Shown here: in pieces, positions 1 through 8,278 of the stretch
Position numbering within the stretch: position 1 is the stretch's first letter
How the letters are laid out: the number at the start of each line of letters is the position of its first letter
From: Chlamydiia bacterium
Lineage (GTDB): Bacteria; Chlamydiota; Chlamydiia; Chlamydiales; 2-12-FULL-49-11
Assembly: GCA_044359535.1 (NCBI GenBank)
Contig: JBIKLZ010000015.1
Coordinates: forward strand, 1 to 22,238
DNA length: 22,238 nt
Direction of reading: 5' to 3'
Position numbers and translations under genes: made by a program
Notes under the pieces: generated by a model
What the model saw: the letters and a program-made list of their open reading frames with translations, nothing else
Told to the model about the DNA's origin: nothing
Database searches by the model: none

Positions 1-120
1 CCTTTGTTGTTCAAGACCTTAGAATATCTCATGCGTTTCTTGTTAATCAAGAAAAATTTTAGAACTTATATTTTTTTGATGAATTAGGAAACACACCCAT
101 TTCGAGATCCCAATTGTGTA

Positions 121-696
121 TTGGATCAATATAGATTAAATGAATTAAATCTTGACATCGTTTCTTATAATCAAAGTGTAAATTTGTATAATAATGAGAG
201 TTCACAATATAGAAACCTCTGTAATATACGAAAAAGGTGTAAAATGGCTATCTACAGTATTCTTTTTTTAAGCCTTATTTTTGTTACTTTACTGATAAGT
301 TTCATTGCTTTTCCTCTTCACCTTCCCTTGATTGTATTTGTTGTTCTAGGAGCCTTACTTATTGCAAGTTCAATTTCAACTTCCATTTTGGTTGTGTGTA
401 AATCTTTTATTTCAAATAAAATAGACAACAATAAAAAAACTTTTCAGAAACAATTCAACACAATAGAAAGAACTAGAGAACGGCTAAAAAGACACATAGA
501 TTCTTTAGAAGAAGAAAAAAATTTTGACCCTAATAACGTTCTTCATTTTGTACCTTCAAAGGATGATGAAAAAAAATGTGATGAAAGCCAAAGCTTTTTT
601 CCATTTGTACCTTTAAATGATGTTGAAACAAAATATGATGAAAGCCAAAGCTTTTTTCCATACAAAAGCTCAAATGATCCAACAGCAGTTGTTTAG
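121..696 (+). CDS. Putative inclusion-membrane (Inc)-like protein with coiled coil and C-terminal repeat; start codon uncertain (TTG 121 or ATG 244)
   Basis: A ~50-aa bilobed hydrophobic segment ([51 protein letters not shown]) is followed by a charged heptad-like helix ([25 protein letters not shown]). This is the typical chlamydial Inc architecture. The stop overlaps the lepA stop. Confidence 0.6.
   Translation: MDQYRLNELNLDIVSYNQSVNLYNNESSQYRNLCNIRKRCKMAIYSILFLSLIFVTLLISFIAFPLHLPLIVFVVLGALLIASSISTSILVVCKSFISNKIDNNKKTFQKQFNTIERTRERLKRHIDSLEEEKNFDPNNVLHFVPSKDDEKKCDESQSFFPFVPLNDVETKYDESQSFFPYKSSNDPTAVV
547..660 (+). repeat. In-frame tandem duplication, 2 x 57 bp (19 aa)
   Basis: 547-603 and 604-660 differ at 5 of 57 positions and encode [19 protein letters not shown] and [19 protein letters not shown]. 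Confidence 0.95.
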
Positions 697-2498
697 TTTT
701 CTTCAGTTTTTAAGATTTGAATGAAGGTGGACTGAGGAATTGAAACTTTTCCAAATTTTTTCATTTTAGCCTTCCCTTTTTTCTGCTTTTCTAAGAGTTT
801 GCGCTTTCGTGTAATATCTCCCCCATAACATTTAGCTGTCACGTTTTTAGACATGGCAGATATTGTCTCTCTAGCAATGATTTTGCCACCAATTGCAGCT
901 TGGATGGGGACCTTAAATTGCTGTTTTGGGAGGATATCTTTAAGCCGCTTGCATAATTGTCTCCCCTTAGCCTCTGCTTTTGAAATATGGACAAGGGTAG
1001 AAAAAGCATCCACTGGATCTTCATTAATGCGTATTTCTACTTTTACAATTTTGCTATCTTCATAGCCACATTGCTCATAATCAAAAGAGGCATACCCTTG
1101 AGTGATGGATTTTAAACGGTCATTAAAGTCGACAATCACTTCGTTAAGGGGCACTTTTACATGAAGAAAGACTCTTCCTCCCTCAATAGTTTCCATGTTT
1201 ACCAATAAGCCTCTTTTTTCATTCACAAGGTTCATTACCCCTCCCATATAGTCAGCAGGGACTAAAATATTACAAAGAACCCAAGGTTCTCTTGTTAATT
1301 CTATAACGGTGGGGTCTGGAAAAAATGAGGGGTTATCAATCATGATGATTTGGCCATTTGTCTTTACAATGTGATATTGAACACTTGGGGCGGTTGTGAT
1401 CACATCAATATCAAACTCTCTAGAGATCCGTTCAAAAACAATCTCTAAATGAAGAAGACCTAAAAACCCGCATCTAAAACCCATCCCCAACACTTGAGAA
1501 TTTTCTTGTTCAATAAAGAGGGCCGAATCGTTAAGGCGCAGCTTAGAAAGGGCATCACTTAATGATTCATAATCAGAACTTTCAACAGGATAGATACCAG
1601 CATAGACAACAGGGTTGATTTCTTTAAAACCTGGAAGGGGATCACTTACATGTTCCTTTTGGAGGGTGATTGTATCACCTACTTTAACATCGCTTGGTTT
1701 TTTAATATTGGCAAGAAAATAACCCACTTCTCCAGGGCCAAGCTCATCAACTTTTTGTTCCTTTGGGTTAAAAATACCCACTTCAAGAATTTCAAAAGTT
1801 TTGTTTGTCGCTAAGAATTTAATGACATCGCCCCGTTTTAACTTTCCAGAAAAGACCCGTATATAGGTGTAAATGCCTTGGTAGATGTCATAGTGAGAAT
1901 CAAAAATAAGGGCGCGAGTGACAGTTTCATTTTGCTCAGAAGGGGGAGGGAGCGAATAAACAATTTCTTCTAAAATATCAGCAATCCCTAATCCCGATTT
2001 AGCAGAAGCTAAAATAGCGTTGCTGGCATCAATGCCAAGCATCTCTTTGATCTGAGCCTTTACAGCTTCTGGATCGGCAGCTGGAAGATCAATTTTATTA
2101 AGGACGGTGATGATTTCTAAGCCCCGTTCTTTAGCAAGGTTCATATTAGCTACAGTTTGGGCTTGGACCCCTTGAGCTGCGTCGACAATTAAAATGGCCC
2201 CTTCACAGGCAGCAAGGGATCTTGAAACTTCATAAGAAAAGTCAACATGGCCCGGTGTATCGATGAAATTCATTTGATAGGTGTTTCCATCGGAGCACTT
2301 GTACTTCATAGTGACAGGATGCGCTTTGATGGTGATGCCACGCTCTCTTTCTAGATCCATATCATCAAGGAGCTGTTCTTTGATGTCTCGCTTTTCAACA
2401 GTGCCAGTGATCTCTAATAGGCGATCAGAGATGGTGGATTTACCGTGGTCAATGTGAGCAATAATAGAGAAATTTCTTATGAGGTCAATTTTTTTCAT
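693..2498 (-). CDS. lepA: Translation elongation factor 4 (LepA)
   Basis: [54 protein letters not shown] and C-terminal [18 protein letters not shown]; 601 aa. Confidence 0.99.
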   Translation of the reverse strand: MKKIDLIRNFSIIAHIDHGKSTISDRLLEITGTVEKRDIKEQLLDDMDLERERGITIKAHPVTMKYKCSDGNTYQMNFIDTPGHVDFSYEVSRSLAACEGAILIVDAAQGVQAQTVANMNLAKERGLEIITVLNKIDLPAADPEAVKAQIKEMLGIDASNAILASAKSGLGIADILEEIVYSLPPPSEQNETVTRALIFDSHYDIYQGIYTYIRVFSGKLKRGDVIKFLATNKTFEILEVGIFNPKEQKVDELGPGEVGYFLANIKKPSDVKVGDTITLQKEHVSDPLPGFKEINPVVYAGIYPVESSDYESLSDALSKLRLNDSALFIEQENSQVLGMGFRCGFLGLLHLEIVFERISREFDIDVITTAPSVQYHIVKTNGQIIMIDNPSFFPDPTVIELTREPWVLCNILVPADYMGGVMNLVNEKRGLLVNMETIEGGRVFLHVKVPLNEVIVDFNDRLKSITQGYASFDYEQCGYEDSKIVKVEIRINEDPVDAFSTLVHISKAEAKGRQLCKRLKDILPKQQFKVPIQAAIGGKIIARETISAMSKNVTAKCYGGDITRKRKLLEKQKKGKAKMKKFGKVSIPQSTFIQILKTEEN

Positions 2499-2505
2499 GC
2501 AAAAG

Positions 2506-2534
2506 AGTATAAGCTAAGGAGGAAGATTTATCAA
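2506..2534 (-). promoter_or_regulatory. Sigma66/70-type promoter of lepA, predicting a leaderless transcript
   Basis: Minus strand reads TTGATA-17 nt-TATACT-cttttgc-ATG. The -10 box is 7 nt from the start codon and there is no Shine-Dalgarno. Confidence 0.7.
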
Positions 2535-2561
2535 GGATAAAAATAGTCTTATAGTCGATTA

Positions 2562-2662
2562 AACCTGAATTGATAGATGTTACTTGGTACGACTTTGCTA
2601 AATGGATCCCCTTTTTTGTCGATGCCGATGGGGCATCGAGCTTTTGTGAAAGGGGTTTTTTT
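2562..2662 (+). ncRNA. Candidate small structured RNA of unknown family
   Basis: Possible promoter TTTATC(2527)-17-TATAGT(2550-2555). GC-rich nested hairpin CCCCTTT(2608-14)/AAAGGGG(2649-55) encloses TCGATGCC(2619-26)/GGCATCGA(2632-39), followed by T7 (2656-62). Confidence 0.3.
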
Positions 2663-2666
2663 CAAT

Positions 2667-2703
2667 AAAAAAAGGCGATCAAATTTCTTTAATCGCCTTT
2701 TTT
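2667..2703. terminator. Intrinsic terminator of npt1, bidirectional in form
   Basis: A7-GGCGAT-12 nt-ATCGCC-T6, about 20 nt downstream of the npt1 stop. Confidence 0.8.
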
Positions 2704-2723
2704 AGAATTAATAAGCGTTGACC

Positions 2724-4340
2724 TTAGTTAGCAGGTGCCGGTTCTTGATTCTTGCTTTGTGCTGTCTCAGGAGCACTTTTTGAAGGCATTGCTTCAACAG
2801 CAGCCTCTGATGCTGCTTCAGCTTCTTGATCAGCCATAGCTTTTTTAAATAACTTATCAAGGGCGTAGACAGAAAGAATCCATATTCCAATCATCCCTAA
2901 GATAATCACCCCAAGATAAGGAGCCATTGCAGCAATACTTCCTAATGCAGCAATCATAAATTGTTGAATGAAGGCGCCACCTGATTTTCCAAGTCTTGCT
3001 CCAACAACGTCAATAGCTGCTTTTCCTTTAACTTTGCTTTCTTGATCAAGAGGAATGTAAGCCATTTCTTTTGTAGGATCAAACAAGGAATACTTTGCTG
3101 ATTTACTTAAGATATTTTGCATCATACCAAAGATCACTGCAAGCATAAGTGGAGAGGTTCCAAACATTGCGATCAATCCAGATAAGCTTTGATTGAAAAT
3201 CATAAATGTAAAGAAAAGTCCCCCTGTGATTAAAATCATCACCGGTGTGACTAAGGCTGAAAATCTCCATCCCATTTTTCTGATCGAATTTCCACCGACA
3301 AACAGAATCATAATCATTGTTACAACCCCTGTTGTCATAGAAAATTGACCCATGAATGCACTGTAAGCGTTTTCATCAGGAAAGGCTAATTTAAGCTGAC
3401 TCTTCCAAGTCACTTCAATTAAATTAATACACATTCCATAAGAAAGGACAAGGATAGATAAGAGGCCTAAATATTTTGACTTCATTAAGAATTTGACACT
3501 TTCTACCATTCCAAGTTTTGGCTTAGCAGCTTTTTTCCCTTTTGTTGAGCCCGCATCATAAAAACGAGGGTCTGTCATCACGTATTTGTTAATCCACCAG
3601 TAAGTACCAAGGATTCCAAGACCTGATAGTGTTACAGCAGAAGTAAGCCAGTAAAGAGACACTTGCCATGTATCAGTAATGGATAGTCCTGCAGCTCTAG
3701 CTGGCATAGATGCCCACATAATGAAGGCTCCAGCAAAGACAAGTGAGAAGTTTGCACCAAGACCAAAGAGTGTATAAAATCTTTTTGATTCACTTACTTT
3801 TGTAATGTCATTTGCAAATCCCCAGAATAAAAGAGATAAGCAAACACTTCCCCAAAGTTCTGACATGATGTAGAATGCTGAGTAGGTCCAGTTTCTCATA
3901 ATGGAGACAAGACCCATCATTCCATGAGGAAGGAAGGTTTGAATCCAATCACAAAATGCATGGGGGTGAAGAGCATCTCTGTTTGGGTAAATGACTGTTG
4001 AAAACAATGCAAAGAAAACAATAAAAGGGGTCACAGATGCATAAAATAAATTTTTCTTTGAAAGTATATTACTTAATTTTGAGTAGATAAGCATAAAAAG
4101 AACTGCCATCGGGAGAACACCATAAACCTTTAAAAACGGTATAGCTTCGGCACCTGATTTTGGAGCAGTCATAATTAAAGTGTCTTTTGTATCCCTTAAC
4201 ACTGTATAGTTAAATGCAATACAAAAGAAAAGAAAAAGCATTGGAAGCAATTTCTTTAATTCGTAGTTGTGGATTGGCCATAGAAAAGATCTTAATTTTC
4301 CAAATGTTGGCTCAGCATCCTTTTGTGTTTTTGTTGACAT
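2724..4340 (-). CDS. npt1: ATP/ADP translocase, NTT (TLC) family, class I Npt1-type
   Basis: Multi-pass membrane protein with FNYTVLRDTKD, GAEAIPFLK, ELWGS, FWGFANDIT, SKSAKYSLFDPTKEMAYIPLD and GKAAIDVVGARLGKSGG. Adjacent to lepA as in Chlamydia. Confidence 0.95.
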   Translation of the reverse strand: MSTKTQKDAEPTFGKLRSFLWPIHNYELKKLLPMLFLFFCIAFNYTVLRDTKDTLIMTAPKSGAEAIPFLKVYGVLPMAVLFMLIYSKLSNILSKKNLFYASVTPFIVFFALFSTVIYPNRDALHPHAFCDWIQTFLPHGMMGLVSIMRNWTYSAFYIMSELWGSVCLSLLFWGFANDITKVSESKRFYTLFGLGANFSLVFAGAFIMWASMPARAAGLSITDTWQVSLYWLTSAVTLSGLGILGTYWWINKYVMTDPRFYDAGSTKGKKAAKPKLGMVESVKFLMKSKYLGLLSILVLSYGMCINLIEVTWKSQLKLAFPDENAYSAFMGQFSMTTGVVTMIMILFVGGNSIRKMGWRFSALVTPVMILITGGLFFTFMIFNQSLSGLIAMFGTSPLMLAVIFGMMQNILSKSAKYSLFDPTKEMAYIPLDQESKVKGKAAIDVVGARLGKSGGAFIQQFMIAALGSIAAMAPYLGVIILGMIGIWILSVYALDKLFKKAMADQEAEAASEAAVEAMPSKSAPETAQSKNQEPAPAN

Positions 4341-4379
4341 TTCGTTCCTTTAGTGAAATTTATCTTTTAATCAATTTAT

Positions 4380-4408
4380 ATGGTAAAGTGATTGGTTTTT
4401 ATTTTCAA
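4380..4408 (-). promoter_or_regulatory. Sigma66/70-type promoter of npt1
   Basis: Minus strand TTGAAA-17 nt-TACCAT, directly after the upstream terminator. SD AAGGA precedes the ATG. Confidence 0.6.
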
Positions 4409-4409
4409 G

Positions 4410-4438
4410 AAAAAAACCTCCCAATACCCTCTGGGAGG
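4410..4438 (-). terminator. Intrinsic terminator after the ddbA-like gene
   Basis: Stem CCTCCCA(4417-23)/TGGGAGG(4432-38) with A7 at 4410-16, which is U7 on the minus transcript. Confidence 0.8.
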
Positions 4439-4463
4439 CTCTTTTTTAAAGAAATAGAAAAAA

Positions 4464-4991
4464 TTATTCTCTATCCATAGACATAAATTCTTTATTAGCC
4501 CCTTGAATAAAGTGATAACTTTCTGCTGATTCTTTGTAGTTGAACCAAAGCTCTTCGTCAACAACTCCCTGACGGATTGAAGACATCAAATTTCTTTTAG
4601 CAGTTGCTAAAGAAGTTTTAGGGCTTAAAAGTGAAATCATTTCTTTATCCCCGGTTTGTTTAGCAATATTTAAAAGCCTTTCCAGTTGAATTCTTGTAAA
4701 AGTCATTTGATCCTTTCGTTTTTTTGATCCACGAGCAGCTCTTTGTTTAGGGGCTACAGCATTTGGATCTTTTGAACTTAGGATGAATTGACTGATCAAG
4801 GCGCCTAATTCGATGGGCTGCTTTAATTTCATTTTTCTAAGGGTAAAATGGTGCATATAACCGCCAGAAGACATGGGCAAGTACTTGCACAGATCATTTT
4901 CATTATTTCCACCCACTTTATCAATTGCTTTTGCAATTACATCTTCTATGTCATCTAAAGTTTTTGCTTTTTTACTTTCATTTTCATTCAT
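4464..4991 (-). CDS. ddbA: Conserved chlamydial putative DNA-binding protein (CT066/DdbA-like)
   Basis: Chlamydia-specific motifs KAIDKVGG-ENDLCKYLP-GGYMHHFTLRKMK and PKQRAARGSKKR. Located between npt1 and ytgA like CT066. SD AGGTG. Confidence 0.75.
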   Translation of the reverse strand: MNENESKKAKTLDDIEDVIAKAIDKVGGNNENDLCKYLPMSSGGYMHHFTLRKMKLKQPIELGALISQFILSSKDPNAVAPKQRAARGSKKRKDQMTFTRIQLERLLNIAKQTGDKEMISLLSPKTSLATAKRNLMSSIRQGVVDEELWFNYKESAESYHFIQGANKEFMSMDRE

Positions 4992-5083
4992 TTTTATTCA
5001 CCTAATTTAAATTATTGTACAATGATAAAAAGAATCTACCATTAGATAAATAAACTCAAGTATTTTTCATCGTTGTATTCCTC

Positions 5084-5113
5084 TTACACTAAAACTAGAG
5101 TTTTTGATATACT
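5084..5113 (+). promoter_or_regulatory. ytg operon promoter with an inverted repeat in the spacer (candidate YtgR operator)
   Basis: Extended -10 TGaTATACT (5105-5113), weak -35 TTACAC (5084-89), and AAAACT-ag-AGTTTT inverted repeat at 5091-5104. Confidence 0.55.
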
Positions 5114-5145
5114 GCGAAGATCTTTTCCTGATGAGGTTTTATAAG

Positions 5146-6078
5146 ATGAATAAAAATATATTTTATATAGGAGTTTTTTTTCTTAGTGTAGGATTTTTTT
5201 CTTATATTTTCCCCCCTTCAGAAAAAAAAATGGAAAAAAAAAGGGTGATTTTATCCACAACTGTGATGATTGATAGTGTTGTAAAAGAAATTGTTGGAGA
5301 TAGATGGAACACACAATTGTTGATTGAAGGGGAAATTGATCCCCACTCCTATCAATTAAGAAAAGGGGATAAAGAAAAAATTGAAAGGGCAGAAATTGTA
5401 TTTGGAAATGGGCTATCCCTTGAGCACAACCCTAGTTTATACTATCTGTTAACAGATAAAAAGGCGGTGTTTGTCGGTGATTGTGTGATGAAATCTCATC
5501 CAGAAAAGATTATTGTTCGAAAAAATGAGATCGATCCACATATCTGGATGGATTTAAGTGTTATGAGTGTAGTGGCAAAAGTGATTTGCGAAAAACTCTG
5601 TGAGGTCGATCCAAAAAACAGTGCAGAATATCAAGCAAACACTGTAGTGTTAGAAGAAAAAATGGCCTTTTTGGATAAAGAAATTCTTGAAATGTTTAGT
5701 AAAGTGCCTATGGATAGACTCTACCTTGTCTCCTCTCACGATGCCTTTAACTATTTTGTAAAAAAATACTTTATTCAAGATGGAGACAATCGATTGTTCT
5801 CTATGCAGGGGCTGTCTACAGAAGCAGATATATCATTAAAAAGAATTCAACAGGTGATAGAGTATATTAAATTTCATAAAATTCCTATTGTTTTTTTTGA
5901 ATCCAATCTTCCAAAAGACGGCCTTTATAAAGTGATTGAAATATGTAAACAATTTGGATTAGAAGTTTCTATAAGTAGTGATCCACTATATGGAGATACC
6001 CTTGGAGGGATGACCTATTTGGAGATGATGAAACACAATGCCGTTGTAATGACAAATAATCTAAAAAAAGGGATGTAA
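5146..6078 (+). CDS. ytgA: Metal (Fe/Mn/Zn) ABC transporter substrate-binding protein, TroA/YtgA family
   Basis: Ligand motifs DPHSY, DPHIW, SHDAF and YGDTLG, plus NGLSLEH. Start moved to ATG 5146 (SD GAGG at 5133-36) because TTG 5104 lies inside the promoter. Confidence 0.92.
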   Translation: MNKNIFYIGVFFLSVGFFSYIFPPSEKKMEKKRVILSTTVMIDSVVKEIVGDRWNTQLLIEGEIDPHSYQLRKGDKEKIERAEIVFGNGLSLEHNPSLYYLLTDKKAVFVGDCVMKSHPEKIIVRKNEIDPHIWMDLSVMSVVAKVICEKLCEVDPKNSAEYQANTVVLEEKMAFLDKEILEMFSKVPMDRLYLVSSHDAFNYFVKKYFIQDGDNRLFSMQGLSTEADISLKRIQQVIEYIKFHKIPIVFFESNLPKDGLYKVIEICKQFGLEVSISSDPLYGDTLGGMTYLEMMKHNAVVMTNNLKKGM

Positions 6079-6080
6079 AG

Positions 6081-6962
6081 ATGAGTGAAAAATCAATCCA
6101 TCGAATGTGGAAGACAGTGACTCAATTGAAAAGACGCACCTCAGTTATTACAGCATTTTTAGAAAAGCCGGTTAAAGAGATCTATGAAATAGGTGATGAA
6201 AATGTGATTAAAGTGGAGTCTTTAACGGTTCATTATGATTGTTTTGCCGCCCTAATAGATATCAACGTAGAGATAAAAAAGGGTTTGATGACAGCAATTA
6301 TTGGACCTAATGGGGCAGGGAAAAGTAGTTTCATTAAAGCCATCCTTAATTTGACAAAAAAATCTACAGGGGTTGTCTCCTTTTTTGGAAACTCATTTGA
6401 ACAGGTCCAGAAAAAAATTGCCTATGTGGAGCAAACAAAAGAGATAGACTGGCAATTTCCAATTACAGTGGAAGAGGTGGTGTTAATGGGGTGTTACTCT
6501 CGATCTGGATTGTTTAGCACCTACTCTAAAGAGGATAGAAGACAATGCTTAGAGTTGATAAAAAAATTTGGTCTCTTGGATAAGCAACACTCTTTAATTT
6601 CTGAGCTTTCAGGGGGGCAAAGGCAAAGGTTATTTTTAAGTCGAGCCTATATGCAAAATGCCGAGGTCTATATTTTTGATGAACCTATGGCCTTTGTAGA
6701 CTACACCACATCTGAGATGATTATAGAGAGTATGAAAGAGCTTAAAGCCTTAGGTAAAACAGTGATTTGTATCCATCATAACCTTGATGAAGTAAGAAAA
6801 GAGTTTGATGAGGCGGTTTTACTTTCCCACTATTTAATAGATAGTGGCCCTGTGAAAAAGGTGTTGTCCAAAAGCAATTTGATAAAAGCGTTTAGAGCTA
6901 ACGACTTTATCCTCTCAGAAGTATTAGAGCTGTCTAAAGAGATGGAGAGTGGAAATACATGA
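6081..6962 (+). CDS. ytgB: Metal ABC transporter ATP-binding protein
   Basis: Walker A GPNGAGKS, signature LSGGQRQR, Walker B YIFDEP and H-loop CIHH. Confidence 0.93.
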   Translation: MSEKSIHRMWKTVTQLKRRTSVITAFLEKPVKEIYEIGDENVIKVESLTVHYDCFAALIDINVEIKKGLMTAIIGPNGAGKSSFIKAILNLTKKSTGVVSFFGNSFEQVQKKIAYVEQTKEIDWQFPITVEEVVLMGCYSRSGLFSTYSKEDRRQCLELIKKFGLLDKQHSLISELSGGQRQRLFLSRAYMQNAEVYIFDEPMAFVDYTTSEMIIESMKELKALGKTVICIHHNLDEVRKEFDEAVLLSHYLIDSGPVKKVLSKSNLIKAFRANDFILSEVLELSKEMESGNT

Positions 6963-8278
6963 TTCCTTTTTTTAAAGAGGTCTTTTTGTGGTTAACCGAT
7001 CCCACATTTACAGTTTCTTTATGGGGAGCGGTCCTTGCATGCGTTTCTTTATCTTGGATTGGGGTGATCTATTCTTTAAGAAGGAGCGCTTTGATAGGAG
7101 AGGTGATTGCCCATAGTGCCTTTCCTGGATTGATACTTGGGGCATTTATTGGAATTATCTTTGATGTCAGTTCTGAAAGGATGAATCTTTTATTGATCAT
7201 TGGAGCCATAGGGACGGCCTATCTCTCGATGAAAAAGCTCACTTTTTTGCAAACACAGTGGAAAAAAAGCCCTGATGCAGCATTGATGATTTCCATTTCT
7301 TCTTTTTTAGGAATGGGGGTATTGCTTGCTTCAATCTTACAATCGGTAGACCCTGTTTTATATAAAAATGTGATGATTTTTCTTTACGGGCGGACGGCAA
7401 CGATGCTTGCTTTTCATGTGAAATTGTATGCAATAGTGATGATTTTACTCTCTTTTTTCTTGTTCACTTTTCATAGAAGGATAAAAATGTTTGAATTTGA
7501 TAAAACCTTTGCAGGTTTTTTTGGGATCGGAAAGGGGTTAGAAAGGGCCATTGTATGTGTAACTCTTGTTGTCATTATTATCTCTTTGAGAAGTTGTGGG
7601 ATATTGCTTCTTGCAGGGATGATGACCACCCCAGCAATTGCTGCCCGTTGGTGGGTTAAAAAAATTTCTTCGATCTTTTTTCTCTCCACCTTCTTTGGAG
7701 CTTTTTCAGCCCTTTTAGGGAGCTTTTTGTCGATATATATAGGGGGGGATCTTTTTGTTTTACCTACAGGGCCGATGATAACCACAGTTTCAGCAGCCTG
7801 TACCCTTTTTTCCCTTTTATTTGGAAAACGGGGGGGGCTTATTGTGCGGATGTATAGAAGAATATTATTCTCTTTAAAATGTCAGGAAGAAAACCTCCTT
7901 AAATCCCTTTATAAAAAAGGGGGAGCGATGAAGATTTTTGAGGTTAAAGAAGTTTTAAATTCTGGGGCCTTGATCCTTTTACTTGTCATTTTCCGAGCAA
8001 GAGCTCATATAAAAATTTCTAGAGAGTATACTGTGGTTTTAAAAGAAGCTGGGGTTATATATGCTGAAAGGGTTGTAAGGCTTCATAGACTTTGGGAGGT
8101 CTATCTTTGTGAGGTAGGCTTTATGAAACATAGGGTCCATGCTTTTGCCGATGAAATTGAACATGTCCTTACCGAGGAGATGGAAAATATCCTTGTTAAA
8201 AGGCTTAAAAATCCAACGCATTGCCCACATCAACAAAAAATTCCAAAGAAATTGGAGGAAAAAGATGTCCCTGTATAA
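6959..8278 (+). CDS. ytgC: Metal ABC permease fused to a C-terminal DtxR/TroR-family repressor (YtgCR)
   Basis: ABC-3 permease (HSAFPG, FDKTFA, LPTGP) followed by EENLLKSLY...VRLHRLWEVYL...HAFADEIEHVL...PTHCPHQQKIP, the DtxR metal-binding/dimerisation domain. Confidence 0.92.
   Translation: MIPFFKEVFLWLTDPTFTVSLWGAVLACVSLSWIGVIYSLRRSALIGEVIAHSAFPGLILGAFIGIIFDVSSERMNLLLIIGAIGTAYLSMKKLTFLQTQWKKSPDAALMISISSFLGMGVLLASILQSVDPVLYKNVMIFLYGRTATMLAFHVKLYAIVMILLSFFLFTFHRRIKMFEFDKTFAGFFGIGKGLERAIVCVTLVVIIISLRSCGILLLAGMMTTPAIAARWWVKKISSIFFLSTFFGAFSALLGSFLSIYIGGDLFVLPTGPMITTVSAACTLFSLLFGKRGGLIVRMYRRILFSLKCQEENLLKSLYKKGGAMKIFEVKEVLNSGALILLLVIFRARAHIKISREYTVVLKEAGVIYAERVVRLHRLWEVYLCEVGFMKHRVHAFADEIEHVLTEEMENILVKRLKNPTHCPHQQKIPKKLEEKDVPV

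Noticed and set aside
1-32. Possible minus-strand gene starting at ATG 32 (MRYSKVLNNK...) and running off the left edge
   Set aside because: Only 10 codons are visible, with no SD or motif to support it.
580-660. DESQSFFP as an IncV-like FFAT (VAP-binding) motif
   Set aside because: FFAT needs roughly EFFDAxE. Here FF is followed by Pro and no small residue or acid, so the match is poor.
547-660. Repeat as a CRISPR array
   Set aside because: Only two contiguous in-frame units, no spacers and no cas genes.
2724-2840. Ala/Glu/Pro-rich C-terminal tail of Npt1 as a novel domain
   Set aside because: Low-complexity variable tails are usual for chlamydial Npt1 proteins.
5104-5145. TTG start for ytgA
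   Set aside because: Falls within the predicted extended -10 element. ATG 5146 has an SD.
8139-8264. N-terminal 42 aa of the 338-aa ORF (ytgD)
   Set aside because: Overlaps the YtgR domain in another frame. ATG 8265 has a GGAGGA SD and matches where the permease begins.
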